A stretch of 61,047 nt of DNA, counting the filler, from Sphacelaria rigidula (lineage: Eukaryota): the NCBI GenBank assembly GCA_964200075.2. It is 7 parts of 7 records of this genome, joined end to end, with 100 filler letters (N's around TTAATTAATTAA, not from the genome) between each part and the next. Parts side by side here need not be neighbours in the genome. Positions count along the whole stretch, not along the records: positions 1 to 8,636 come from CAXNAA020010525.1; positions 8,737 to 17,372 come from CAXNAA020010526.1; 5 more parts are not named here. One strand, given 5' to 3'. The notes below the pieces were generated by a model, which made no database searches, was not told the DNA's origin, and saw nothing but the letters and a program-made list of their open reading frames with translations. Shown here piece after piece: positions 1 through 12,492 of the stretch (position 1 is the first letter of the stretch; each line of letters begins with the position of its first letter). The translations under genes and the position numbers were made by a program.

Positions 1-1
1 G

Positions 2-79
<78 letters not shown>

Positions 80-248
80 TTGTTGTTGTTGTTGTTGTTT
101 TTGTTGTTGTTGTTATTGTTATTGTTTCTGTTATTTGTTGCTGCTGTTGCTGCTGTTGCTGCTGCTGCTGCTGCTGCCGCGCGATTGTCTTGTGGTCGTC
201 GTCGCTGTGCTGTTGTTCTGTGCTGGTGTTGTTGCTTTTGTTGTGGTT
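1..248. repeat. (GTT)n microsatellite decaying into (GCT)n/degenerate triplets
   Basis: Pure GTT run from base 1 to about 75, then degenerate; a similar GTT/GCT tract resumes after the LTR element at 4555-4760. Confidence 0.95.
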
Positions 249-511
249 TGTGACGCCAGCTAGTGAAAGCATTGATGGATCGCTGCTGTCGAGGAACTCC
301 CCAGTCTTACTGGCCTCAGTTTCAGTTGTCAGCCTTTACAACATTCTCATTATTCAGGAGTGACCTTCCAGGGTACCAGCTTTCTGGACCTGCAGATACA
401 TACCATCGCGGTGTCCCCAGTCATTATCCAGAAGCCTCCAGAATCTCCGTGCCCCCAGTCATTATCCATATCATCACTACCAACTCACAGTGACGGCGTA
501 TTTTTGTCACA
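249..511 (-). repeat. 3' LTR of the Gypsy element
   Basis: Starts TGTGAC, ends GTCACA; aligns without gaps to 4292-4554 (about 26 substitutions by hand count); preceded on the minus strand by a short G-rich PPT-like tract (512-523). Confidence 0.95.
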
Positions 512-542
512 GCACCCCCAAAGCGCGTTGGACGAAAATAAA

Positions 543-2025
543 TCAACAAGCTTGAAACATAGGAACCGTCGAAACGGTGAGTATGTCACAGTTGAAGACC
601 AAACTCACTCGTAATGCGAGCAGCCACGGCACTGTACGCTCCTCATATTCGAAACCAACCCAGTCGACCAACACGATCAACGAACGATCATCTGCTTCTG
701 CCACTCGGACAATACCAGCCATCTCAAATTGCCCCTGATTGAAAGCATGCTGGAACACGTCCTTAACGTCAGCCGTAACATGAAGTTGCGAGTCTTCATA
801 AAAACGCGAACGAGCTACATGTGCGGTCCGAACACGACCCGAAACAACGTTTTGAATCTCAAACACGTGCGGGTGGTGAATACAATACCTAGTCACCTAC
901 CTCAAAATTCGGCAATTCCAGCCCCGACGAGGACCCCTCACGTCTACGCGCAAGTTCAGCGGTAACACATTCCTGCACTTGAATGTGGAAACGTTCTTGC
1001 AAGTCTAAGACTCCTTGCAATGCACGCTTAATTTGAGCATCGTCCAGAACATCACACTTCCATTCTCCCGCCGACGAAGACGCCAGTACCGAGAAAGACG
1101 TCCGAGGGGCACGACCGAACATCACGTGGTACGGCGTCCTATCGTCACGACGATGATATGCTGTATTAAGCGCCCATTGCACCGTAGGCAACATGTCCAC
1201 CCACTCAGAAACCGCTCAGCGCTGCTCGAGAAGAATAGAGCGAAGAGCACGAACTGCTTCCTTGACCATGCGTTCGCACATGTACCGTTAGACCACGGAG
1301 AACACGCTACCGTAAAACTGGTGATCAACTCGCAAAGCCTCTCGCAATCGGGCCAAGATCGCATTCTTGAAATACGTGGCGGTATCTCATCCACATACGC
1401 GGCACCCCCAATTCAGCAAAGATACAGCGGTCGATTCAGCAGTACACACTGCTACTGGTTCCAGAGTCTCAAAGTTGCTCAAATAATCCATGATTACCAA
1501 CATGTATCGAAACCCAGCATCCTCCGACAAACCTTGGGAAGCTAGCGGATCACTCTCGCCCACGTACAAGAAGTCAAAATGAACGACGTCATTCGGCGTG
1601 ATCTCATGGACCCTTTCGCCGAGCGGGCGGGGAACAACATCGCCCGACCTCGAGTCAGCACAGTGAAGACACTGGCGGACAAATTCGCGCACATGAGTTT
1701 CTATTACGTGCCAGACACAAAACTCTTGCAAGCGCACGAGCCTCGCAGCCTCACCACGATGCCCGGCGTCGCGCATGTGCGCGCAAATAATCAGACGTAC
1801 CTGCAACTGCTTGTCAGAATTCGGAGCCCACAAAACATTTCGGCCACGCACATGCACACGAAACAGACCGCCATTGTCCAAGATAGCAGTACCAACGTCC
1901 GACTCAAAAGATTGCACATCCGCATCTTCGACCCCAAGGTCTTTTCGTTGCGCTTGGCGGACAATAGGTTTGGACGGCATCGAGTCATCAGGTTCACACG
2001 GACCATACACAGCTACAGCGCGCAC
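543..2025 (-). pseudogene. Gypsy integrase (H2C2 finger, rve core) with C-terminal chromodomain
   Basis: AHMRDAGHRG...CLHC zinc finger, VVHFDFLY / MLVIMDYLS core, WALNTAY...TPYHVMFG, and VLVDWVGFEYEERT chromodomain-like motif, split across frameshifted ORFs. Confidence 0.9.
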
Positions 2026-2614
2026 AGGCGTTGAATTTCAACTGTGAGCACCTGTATGACCAAACTACCCCAATGGCACTCAGATGCATCCGGAAACATA
2101 AACACCTGACAATCAGGACGAGAATGGAGCAGCGTCACGGCATGAGCCACCAGATCCTCCGCTGCTGCCCACGCCTGCAGCCTGCCCTCCGTCCACGATG
2201 CAGCCTTCTTCGGAAACGCCATACCTGGACTGGACCACCCCGCCTACAAATTCTGTAACACCAACCCGAGCGCCAAAAGAGCCGCCATGCACAACACCAA
2301 CCAGCTCGACTTTACTGGATCGTACCGCCGCGGCTTCGTCTCCGCCGCGGACGCCCCAGGTTTGACTGAACATGCATGGGCTCCACGCGCGTAGGAGGAT
2401 CACTCGGCAGCGCACGACGAAACCCGTTGATGCGACGATGCAAGATGCCGCGCAGGCGTTCCGCTTGTGAGACGCTGAGGTTTTTCGCCCCAGCATCCGT
2501 CACGCTTTCCTCCAGCGCGACCTTCCGAGCGGACTCCTCTTCCGCCGGAATCATTAACATCTCCGGGCCGCGCTCTACTGCGCGTTCCACCGCCACATCC
2601 CGCTCCTCGGTCAT
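2013..2614 (-). pseudogene. Gypsy RT N-terminus fused to connection/RNase H remnant (RT core missing)
   Basis: ...WSSPGMAFPKK runs directly into AASWTEGRLQAW...FPDASECHWG; no YxDD motif present. Confidence 0.8.
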
Positions 2615-2652
2615 CTGCCCTCCAGCCTCCTGAGAAGCATCTACTGACTAGC

Positions 2653-3384
2653 TCACGCGACGACTGCCCAAACGGTAGGCGTCTCCAAGCGCGGACCAGG
2701 CGGAGACATCCGCGTCTTCATGCAGTCCCACAACCGCCGAGCGTTGACTCCAATATCCTGGAGCATCGGCAACCCCAGAAGAATGACGCCATCCGACCCC
2801 GGCATGATCGCAAACGAGATCGGAGGCAACTGCGCCGGCTCCCGGGAAGTAATCAAAGTCAGCTGCAGCGGAACAGAACGCTCTGTGACGTAAAGATGCT
2901 GACCCGACGCGGTGACGGTCTGCCGTGCCCCGAGCGAAATCGGAATGTACAGGGGCACAACCGGGAGAAAACGCTCCCACATCTCTACAATCTGTACCGA
3001 CAGACTGACATCACCCGTCAAGTGGGCGCCGGAATCCCACTTAGCCTGAACCGCAATGGCTCCACGCTCCCGTTGATTAGGGAGACATACCTCCGCAGGA
3101 ACGTAGTTGTCCGCAAACTCCACTGGCAATTTATTAGCCGACCGGTGTGCCGCTAATCCCACTTGACGCCACGGCTGCGCAAGCTGCGCAGGCGAAGACG
3201 CCCCGGCAGGTTCAAACGGCACCGCCGGCGGGTATGACCCCCAGCCAGCAGACAAAGAATTTGGCAAACCTCCGGCCAGCGCGTCAGCAGGCGTCGCGCC
3301 TGGTGCTGCTACCTGTGTCGCCACCGGCGCCACCACCGGCGCCGGCGCAGTGTTCGACACTGTATAAGTCCGTCCCACCTGCAC
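2653..3384 (-). pseudogene. Gypsy aspartic protease region
   Basis: AKWDSGA catalytic motif and downstream VILLGLPML motif typical of retropepsins. Confidence 0.8.
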
Positions 3385-4290
3385 CGCACGTTGCCGAGCA
3401 GCAGCACCTGCGGCGGCGCCGGACCCATAACCAGACCCATGCTGACGCCGCTGCCCCTGCTGTTGTTGTTGTTGCTACAGTTGCTGCTGCTGCTGCGGGC
3501 TCGCCTGCGGCCCTCCATCACCGGGGGATCCGCCGCCGCCACCACGATTACCTCGTCTTTTGCCCTTGAGCTGACGATGCTGATGGCGCGCGGCATGAAA
3601 CTGCCCAGACTCTCGACCGAAAGACGTTGGGCAATCGCGCGCGTAATGACCGACCTGTCCACAACAGTGGCAAGTGCCCACCGCATGCCCAGCATGCGTT
3701 TTGATCACCGCAACCAATGGCGGCGGGGTGATTGTGATATTCTCATGCTCCAAACGAGCAAACACTCTCTGCACATTAGTTGGCACTTGTTGAGCCATTG
3801 GCACCACCTGATGCCTCACAGCACCCCCTGCGTTAGCATGCTTCACACGCTTCTTGTACTGAAAGTACTTCGTAATTAAAGTGCGAGATGCACTCTCTGA
3901 GTACCTGTCCCCGTATTGAGGAGGTCACAACTCTTCCCGCATAACCACGGGTGTCACGGTGGACGTACCTCGTGAGTCGGTAGCCATAGCTGTAGCTATA
4001 CCCGACTACCTGCGAATCTCTGCAGGCCAGCGGACCTTCGCGAATTGCACTTTCCTTACTTCGTCGCCGAACCACACAGTCGTAGGAGCCTCCAAACTCC
4101 CGCTGCACGCAGCTTCAGCAAGTCTCCAGTCTGGATCAATCACAGGCCAGCCGCCTTTCTGCAGCTGCCTCAGCTGAAACCCTTTCCACGCGTCCGTGGT
4201 GTATCAGGTTTCCACACCTCCCAGACTCCTGCCGAAATCCTTTCCAGCAGGGTTTTAGCACTATCACTAGCACTGGCACTAACATCGATA
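3309..4290 (-). pseudogene. Gypsy gag remnant with CCHC zinc knuckle
   Basis: ORF 3475-3846 contains CHCCGQVGHYARDCP (CX2CX4HX4C); frameshifts and stops around it. Confidence 0.8.
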
Positions 4291-4291
4291 T

Positions 4292-4554
4292 TGTGGCGCC
4301 AGCCAGTGGAAGCACTGTTGGATCACTGCTGTTGAGGGACTCCCCAGTCTTTCTGACCCCAGTTTCAGTTGTCAGCCTTTACAAAATGCTCATTATTCAG
4401 GAGTGACCTTCTAGAGCACCAGCTTTCTAGACCTGCCGATACATACCATCTCCGTGTCCCCGGTCATTATCCAGAACCCTCCAGAATCTCCGTGCCCCAA
4501 GTCATTATCCATATCATCACTACAAACTCACCGTGACGGCGTATTTTCGTCACA
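4292..4554 (-). repeat. 5' LTR of the Gypsy element
   Basis: Direct repeat of 249-511, TGTGGC...GTCACA. Confidence 0.95.
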
Positions 4555-5489
4555 GGTCGTGTTGTTGCTGCTGCTGCGTTGCGATGTTGCTGTTACTGCT
4601 GCTGCAACTGCCGACTCTGCTGTTGCTGTTCATCTGTTGTTGCTGCTGCTGTTATTGCTGCAGTCATTGCTGCTGCTGTTGGTGTTTCCATCGTGCTTTC
4701 TACTGCCCTGATTTGACTGTTGCTGTCCCGGTTGTGTTGTCGTTTTTGCTGCTGCCGCCTACTGTCTGTGGTACTTTCGTTGCTTGTTATCGCATCGCGT
4801 GTTGTCATCTGCACGCGTATTTTCCGCTCTTATTTTCCCATCATTTGGTACCTCAACCTGACTGTTGCACACACGGTTTTTGCACGCTTATTTGCTTGTC
4901 CCATCCTTCTATCAATTTGGCACCTTGCTCCAATTTGCACGCTTGGGTTTTGTTCGCGAATGATTGTAATTATTACACGTGCCTCACCTGTCACGACTGA
5001 GGCTTCCATTTTCCTACTTTCCTGGCATACACGTCCGCATGATGATGATATTGTCTTCGCCATTTTGCCCACGTGCACACCATAGTGCCTTCGCGTGCGT
5101 TGCCTCACACTCGCCTGACCTGCACCTGACCACCTATAATAGTATCACTATTGACCCTAACCAGCAATATTTGTGTTCCATTCATTCTCCAAGTTCTTTC
5201 GATCTGTTTTGTTTTTGTTTCATCTAGCATCCACGCATTTTCTGCATCTCCAGATGTCGTGTTTACCGTAACTCTATGTTTGAGCCACACAATTGTAAAT
5301 TGAGCGTTTGATCATTTCGCCGTCGTTGTCTTGCTCTTTAGAGCTGCACTATTTTCCATTCATGTTCTTCTGTAAATTTGGATTGTGTTTTGCACTCTTG
5401 GTGTTTTGCTTTTGGCTCTGCTGGTGTAGGCTATCCGGATGGTCCTGTTGATTGCGCTGACTGTACTCAGCATGCTTGATAAGGAATCC

Positions 5490-5660
5490 GCTTCTAATCC
5501 TTTCACAGGTGCTATCTCCTGGAAAGACTTTAGCAGTGCCAAACTGAAGGGCCAGGTGCATGATTATGGGGATCGCTTTTGGCGAATACGATACGAAGAT
5601 GGGAACTGCGATGAGCTATCTCGCCGGAAACCCGAGCGCCTAACGCTGGAAGGCAGGAAT
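5490..5660 (+). pseudogene. Tudor-like domain remnant, probably from a retroelement ORF
   Basis: FTGAISWKDF...LKGQVHDYGDRFWRIRYEDGNCDELSRR matches the G-x-V...W/Y-x-V/I-x-Y-x-D-G-D-x-E-E-L Tudor-like pattern; no intact gene context. Confidence 0.5.
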
Positions 5661-7008
5661 CAAAAGTAGACTGCAGCGATCGACGTCTACCGTCAGCCAC
5701 GCGAGTTGCATCGCGGGTACCGCACATGAACTGCGGGCGTTCCTGTCTTCTCAGGTTTGTTAAATCCGGTAACATACCTTGCACATGTTTTCGTGTGTGT
5801 GCATTCTGGTGATCAATTTGTTTTTGTTTCGGTAACATACGTCCGTTTCCGGATTGTCTCTCATTCCGTTGCTCACCAAGTGCATTTGCTCCTATATTTG
5901 CAACGAGAGCGATGTTCATGTTCCCCGCTTGAGATGGGAGCCAAGGCGCGTGGGCTCAGTTCCCAGTATGATGATCATCAATAGTTATCGGAGAGCAGTT
6001 CTTCTTCAGGGGCCGCACTTCTATAATTACTGATCCGTTCGTGGAAAGTGTTTTTAAGCGTCCATCCAGTGCTAGATACGGTTAAAGCCCTGCACTACCC
6101 TAGAACCCAGTGTAACCAGTCCGCGGTGTCGACGCGCGACGAGCTAGCTAGCAAATCGTTCTCCAGTGTAACTAAGATCCCGGGAAAATGACAGAGACTG
6201 CACTCATCTGCTGTTTATGTCGTTGGGAAGGGCGCAATACTTTTGTTTTTCCTAACGGATAGGGTTTTCCCCTGCTTGACAGGGTTTAACTATCCATTAG
6301 ATCTGCAACGAATTTTCCCCTGCAACATAATTTTGCTGTTTTTTCTCGTTTTACCTTCAAGGGTATGATGCACAGGCTTTGTTTTTGTTCCGGCCCTTCC
6401 AGCCCTTTAATACTTCTTGTTTAGCCTTAATAATAAGACTCGGGGGGTGTTCCGGTGTATAGCTGATTTTCCAATTGAGTAGGCTCCATATGCCATACTT
6501 TTGTTATGCTTGGTATCAGATGGGTCATACTTCGTTGCTCAGGACACTCCATCGAGGGATAGGTTTCATCCGGGCGGTTATCCACGGTTATGTGCGCGAT
6601 TCGAGCGCCGATTGCTGCGTTGGGTGCTCACAACCCCAATGCATCACACTGTAGCGCCCATTCCAGGGTAGGTCCCGCGATCAGATCATCAAGCCGGAAA
6701 TTATTATTCGAAGGTTTTTTTCAGGTCTAGAGTGTACGTCTTCACAGCAGGAAGATAAGGCCGCGGCTATGGGTGCGTGTGGATGATCAGCAAAAGGATG
6801 TGGGGTATGAAGAGATAGAGTGTTGCCTGCGCGCGCGATCAACCCCTCAAGAGATCGAATCAAGAAAGCAAGTGTACTCGGGCAGAGCATTTGAGGACAG
6901 AAAAGGAAGAGGGGAACTTTCGTCTGTGGTCGTTATGATTTCCTCGAATAGTCCATTCACTTTTCTTGCCCCGATCAGCAGCATGTCGAACAGTAGAGTA
7001 CAGTATAA

Positions 7009-7193
7009 GGACGTGTCTTAGAACATTAGTTTTCGATTGAGATTGTGTGGCGGAAAACCAAATCCCGTTCTGATAAGTCGTAATTTCAATCATCATGGTT
7101 AATTTAAAGATGGTTGATCGCGACCTATCAGATCGGGAATTTTGTTTTCCACGGCACTTTTTCGATCGAAAAAGGATGTGCTAAGGCCGTGTC
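7009..7193. repeat. Imperfect whole-length palindrome (foldback/MITE-like)
   Basis: ggaaaaccaaatcccgttctgataagtcg pairs with cgacctatcagatcgggaattttgttttcc; outer cttagaacat pairs with atgtgctaag. Confidence 0.7.
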
Positions 7194-8636
7194 TTATCAA
7201 ATTGTGCTCGTGTCGAAAAGGTGCGGTCGAATAGATTTCGCTCGGTTCTGTTTCATCCACGCTATTCATTCACCAGATGGTTGACAACACGAATGTCGTG
7301 GACGTATCAGATACATGCAAATTCGATTTCACCGTACGTTTTTGAGTCACAGACAATTTGATGAGACACGGCCCAACACATTACAACAGTGCATTCAGTC
7401 CAAAGCTATAAACCTATGGTGGAAATGTCAATTTTTGAAGCGGCAAGCTGCACCGCCCGGCGTGAATGTAAACAATCATGCCGTTGCGCCAAAGCGATTC
7501 AACAGCGGATCCTGGAAAATGGGGTCGATCTCAAAAATGAGGTTCAGGTGACATGTCTTTTTGCAGGGGTGACGCGAAACAGCAACACAGAGCGAAACCA
7601 TTCCCCCCCCCCAAATCTCTGCAACTGTGAATCATCAGTTGTGGCTAAATGCACCGGACGACTTCGGTGTGCACGCGTGTCGATGACGATATCACCAGAG
7701 AGAGAAACAACGACAGAGAGGAAGCTCCTCGCCCGTGTCCTTTGTGTGTCCTCGCTCGGCGATTACCAACCGCTCGAGAGACTGGCATCATCGATGTTAT
7801 TACACCAGCATGTGCCAAACTTTCCATGTGCCAGAACATCGACGTGCGGAGGGATTCCGTCGTCTCTTCTTGCCTGTCGAGCTCACGAACGCGAAGATCG
7901 ATTTCTCTCTGCCTCTCCTTTTAGACAGGACGCGCCTCTGTGCGCTGAAAAACATGTTGAAAATAGGGCAATCTTCCCGTCACCGCTACTGTTCTCTGTT
8001 ACACACATGCCAGGAAGGGCGGTGCTGCGGCAATAACAGATAGATCCAATTTGAACTTGGGGGGTGTTATTCATCGTTGATTTTTGCCGACCTCCCCCAA
8101 CGGGGTGCCCGAGCAGAAGGGTCTGCCACACGCCAGTTGAGGGGGGTGTATGAGAGATCAGACACTTATAGAGAACTTTTTGACATGCGGAGTGAAAAAA
8201 AATACCTATGGTGGTGACCTAACTGTTGCTAGCGTGGCGCATAGGCAATCTGCAGCAAGCACACTCTGGTCGCGTGGACAGCTCGGTACAGTACGAGTAG
8301 CTTCGCACAAGTAATAATTATTCCGATGTCAGGAGGTCATGGGTTATCACAAGTTGGGAAGAGAGACGAGAGTGCTCTACGATTAACCGCATGTCGTTGT
8401 ATTCGAGACCCACGCCATCAACCGCCGACAGCAAGCGTCTTGTGGCTTTCACGCGACGCTGTTGGCAGTACGGCAGGCAAACCGGATCATATCTACCTTT
8501 CGTTGCTCTAGCTCGTACTCCCGTCTGAGAGGTGGTCACGGTAACAAATTGCACCGAGGTCGCAACATCTGTGAAAGCTAGAGCGTTTGATTTTTATCAA
8601 CTGCATCTACAAAATTCAAACGTCTCTCAAAACCTG

Positions 8637-8736
8637 NNNNNNNNNNNNNNNNNNNNNNNNNNNNNNNNNNNNNNNNNNNNTTAATTAATTAANNNNNNNN
8701 NNNNNNNNNNNNNNNNNNNNNNNNNNNNNNNNNNNN
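8637..8736. other. Assembly gap linker (N44-TTAATTAATTAA-N44)
   Basis: Identical 100-bp linkers also at 17373-17472, 26108-26207, 34843-34942, 43578-43677 and 52313-52412; the core gives stops in all six frames. Confidence 0.98.
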
Positions 8737-8753
8737 GGAAAAACTTCGATTTG

Positions 8754-8960
8754 GACCCTGAAATTTGGTATGGACAATGAATAGGGCACAGTAAAAAAAA
8801 TTACTGGCGTACACAAGTTTTTTTTTTCACGAGTTAAGGGCAATAATCAGTTTTCAGATATCGGTAAAATGCCCCTAACTCATGAAAAAAAAAAACTTTT
8901 GTACGCCAGTAATTTTTTTCATCATGCCCTACTCATTGTCCATACCAAATTTCAGGGTTC
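8754..8960. mobile_element. Foldback MITE-like palindrome, family A copy 1
   Basis: accctgaaatttggtatggacaatgaatagggca pairs with tgccctactcattgtccataccaaatttcagggt; related copy at 53241-53508. Confidence 0.8.
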
Positions 8961-11189
8961 AGCTCCAAGTATTGGCCGTATAATGGGCCTGCAAACTGCA
9001 GAATCGCTTCTCGGCTGGCCCAGCTCGTAATTGCTCGTTATACCTTAGCTGCCGCGCGCCGGTGGGTGCGACGGTCCAACTGACATATGAAGGCGGGAAA
9101 AAATGCGGGCTCAATTCCCGTCAGATGTCTCCAGTTTGACTTTTTTTAACTCACGATTATATGACTTTCGACATCGAACACGTGAGGCCATGGGTAGCAA
9201 AAAAGAGTCCGTGCCAATGACTTTGTGAGACGATGATCGAACGCGGTGCAGGAGTGTCGATCCAAAAAACAAAAAGTAAGGCGTGTGGTGTACCGGGTGA
9301 GAGATGGGTTGATGTGCTGAGACCACGAACTCGTCCCGACGAAAGTGGAGGGTTAAAATAAAAGTGAGACGGGGAATAAAAAATGATCCTGTTTTTGTAA
9401 AAAACGATATCACGTTTTTTTTCAAGGTGGCGGGGGACCACAGTCAGCATGTGCTCTAGCCGAACGCGTCGGTGTACGTTGTCTGTTATTTGAGCGATTT
9501 TGGACAAAACATCCGACAGCTTTTTTTGGTTCTCATCAGAAGACGTCATGCTTTTATGCGACGAAAGATAAAGGAATGCCTCACACACGTTCCATCAGGC
9601 CAAACGTATCGTCTGTCATTTAAGCCATTTCGGAATATTTTGAATAATACCGATGATAATGATGACATTCGTTGGGTTGAGTACTATTATTGATTAATCG
9701 TCGCACACTAACTAATCGCCGAGAGGATCCAGTCGACGGTACATGAAGACTATCGCAAGGTAAGAAAAACGGATACAGACTAAAGCGGCACAATAGGAGG
9801 GAGGAAAGATAAAACAAACAGAGCAAGCTGAACAATAACGAGAGACAGGCAGAACAGAAGAAGGAATAATGATGATGATATGGTGATAATAATTTTAAAA
9901 AACAGAAAAGGGAATAATGGTGATCAAATGGAGACTAAAAAATAAAAAAAGACGACAACAACGTGGGTAAATGTGGAAACAACGCCTCTACGCCAAGGTA
10001 TGGTGGGTGATAACCTCGCTTAGCGCCGACGGTAGGACGGAGAGCACGGATGACAAGTGATAATCGAGGAAAAGGTCCAGCCCATGTGGACTGCGCCTCT
10101 CCTCGCCGTATGACAATACTCCGGGGACGGAATGAACAATTACCAGCGGTGACAGGACATATGTTTTTAAAGAACACTCCAAGGAACAGTAGGAGGAGAT
10201 GATATCTTACTGCATGTAGTTGGGCGTGTTTATAACAAGAATCTAACCTGGTACTTGCAACTGAAAACAACAACAGCAACAACAACAACTACCACTACTA
10301 CTAGTGTTTAGAACAAGAATCTAACCTGGTACTTGCAACTAAAAACAACAACAACAACCACTACTAAAAGTAGTGGTAGTAATAGAAGTAGTGGTAGTAG
10401 TAGCAGTAGCAGCAGCAGCAGTGGTATCCACGATGACAACAACCAAAACATTGAACAATAAAAACTCACCAGGTGAGCTGCACCGCCGCTAGGGAAGCCA
10501 CGACGCCAACCATACGATGAGACGAAAAAAAGCTGTCGTACACCTGAACAAAAACAAAATCGTACACGATCGAAGCACCAGGTGGACGATGGACAAAGAG
10601 AGTCAATATATCCGGCTTCACCTCAGTATGAAAAGAAGAAAGTAGTGATAACAATACCAGCAGCATCGTCATGGTAATAGGAACAACAACAACAACAACA
10701 ACAACAACATACAATCAGACATCGGTGTTCATCTACTCATTCTGTAGGCTAGTACATGTACCCCTATGCACATGAGCAATACGGGGTAATGGTTGCTAAA
10801 TAAAGGGAGGTGTGCATCTCCGCTCATTCACTACAGATGCGCCCCTACCAAACAAAAATACGTTGGGTTGGACATACGGAGTTCAGGCACATATACAAGT
10901 AGATTTCCGCAGAAAACGCGGGCTGAAAATTCCGGTGGACACAAAAAAATTTCAATCCGGATCCGGCTCCGTGGAAGTCGTTCCTTGGCGGATTTGTCAA
11001 ATATGGGGTGAACGTATCGAGGAATGCAGGCTGGAGACGTTTTCACGTCCTCAAGAATGGCGAGCCTCCGTATGTGACCACGGCTTGAAGAGATCGGCAT
11101 AATGTGCGGAAATGACAAGAAAGAGGAGAAGATGGAGATGCCGGTATCACGAGTACTACTACTCCACATTCGGCGTTATCCTCTCCCCA

Positions 11190-11285
11190 CCGTATGCTCC
11201 GTCTCGAAAGGGATGCGTGGTCAATGGTCAAACGACTAAGGCAAGCAACATATGAGTAAAATCCACACAGCACCAAGCGCTGGCC
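11190..11285 (+). repeat. Dispersed SINE/LINE-tail-like repeat
   Basis: Core ccgtctcgaaagggatgcgtggtcaatggtcaaacgac..agcaaca recurs reversed at 15530-15600 and forward at 16890-16960. Confidence 0.75.
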
Positions 11286-11762
11286 TGTCAATTGTCAAAC
11301 CGCTAAAGACCACACCATATTATTACCCCCCCCCCCCCGTATGCATGAATAAATGCGTGTTCGTATCCTTGGTCCATGCGGCCCGCGTGAGTTGTGCACG
11401 AGCAGCGTGCGGCGTGGCATTTCACGGCAAAATAATGACGAGATCCCCCACAAGAAGAACACCCACGGATTACCCATGTGATGGCGTGATGACGTGATGA
11501 CGTGATGACTCACTGTCTTCTGCTCAACGAGAGCGAGTGTTTTGTATCTCATCGCAGATCGGCAGCGGATCGCTGACATGCTGTACTATACCTCCATAAC
11601 CTTCCAACAGCCGCTACACAACGGCAGCTATCGAAACAACAAATGTTCTGATACTTGATGCCACGTGAACCAAAACCACCGTCACCACTCGTAACCACAT
11701 TTGGGTACGACGTTGACGACTACTAGTGACTACTGTACCTACGGCGTACGGTATTCTGTAAG

Positions 11763-11769
11763 TGTTGTT

Positions 11770-11807
<38 letters not shown>

Positions 11808-11818
11808 CGTTGTTGTTC
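11763..11818. repeat. (GTT)n microsatellite
   Basis: Directly visible triplet run. Confidence 0.95.
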
Positions 11819-12128
11819 ATCACATCAGTCATTCTGCAGAATTGTAAGTGTCCGTGGTCACAAGGCAATAGCACAAAAATACAGCATACCAGGGGAAAAA
11901 AGAAGAAAAAAAAAACGTCCCACGAACATGAAAATATGTCGCCCCGAAAGGCAGGGTTCTACAAACACGTCAGCGAAAATAAATAAACATATGCCCAAGA
12001 AATTACGTACGGCTCGAAAGAAGAAGCTAAAATGAGAAAAAATAGTCGGGTACACGGTATGCGGACCATGGGTGACCAAAAAGCCAAACGGGTAGACCAC
12101 ACGAGTCGGCACACCGAACACGTCAGGG

Positions 12129-12208
12129 TAAGGCAAGGCAAGACGACCCAAGGCAATGCAGTGCAAGGCAAGGCAAGGCAAGGCAAGGCAGGACAAGGCA
12201 CGGCAAGA
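12129..12208. repeat. (AAGGC)n pentanucleotide microsatellite
   Basis: Repeated aaggc units with interruptions. Confidence 0.9.
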
Positions 12209-12492
12209 CGATGTGTACTTCGTTGAAACGTGAGAAAAATTGCTGTGCCCGGTTTCAAGCACAAATAGACTCGTCCCAGTACAACCGTAGCTGCCGATCA
12301 CGTGGCGGATCCCCAAATACAGTTCGCTTCTCTCATGTGTACATTGAACCGTACTGTATGCTGTACTAATAGATATGGAAGGGGTACTGACGGGCGCGGC
12401 GCCTCGGAAGGTGATGAAATTCGCAAATCCGCCGGGTTCAAACCGACGAATCCGGATTACCGACGGCCCTTCCTAGTCCGGATTTTCAGACG

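Larger units (their letters stand above)
249..4554 (-). mobile_element. Ty3/Gypsy chromodomain-bearing LTR retrotransposon, degenerate and internally deleted
   Basis: Two 263-bp LTRs (249-511, 4292-4554) with TGTG...CACA ends; flanks GGTT / GGTC look like a 4-bp TSD with one mismatch; minus-strand order gag-CCHC, protease, RT remnant, RNase H remnant, integrase, chromodomain. Confidence 0.95.

Noticed and set aside
2..253. Poly-Leu ORF (and similar poly-L/N/Q ORFs at 4454-5085 and 11614-11986)
   Set aside because: Translations of microsatellites.
7389..8036. 215-aa ORF
   Set aside because: Non-ATG start, no recognisable motif or splice context; lies among repeats.
8681..8692. Recurrent TTAATTAATTAA motif inside N runs
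   Set aside because: Identical artificial scaffolding linker at all six gaps; not biological.
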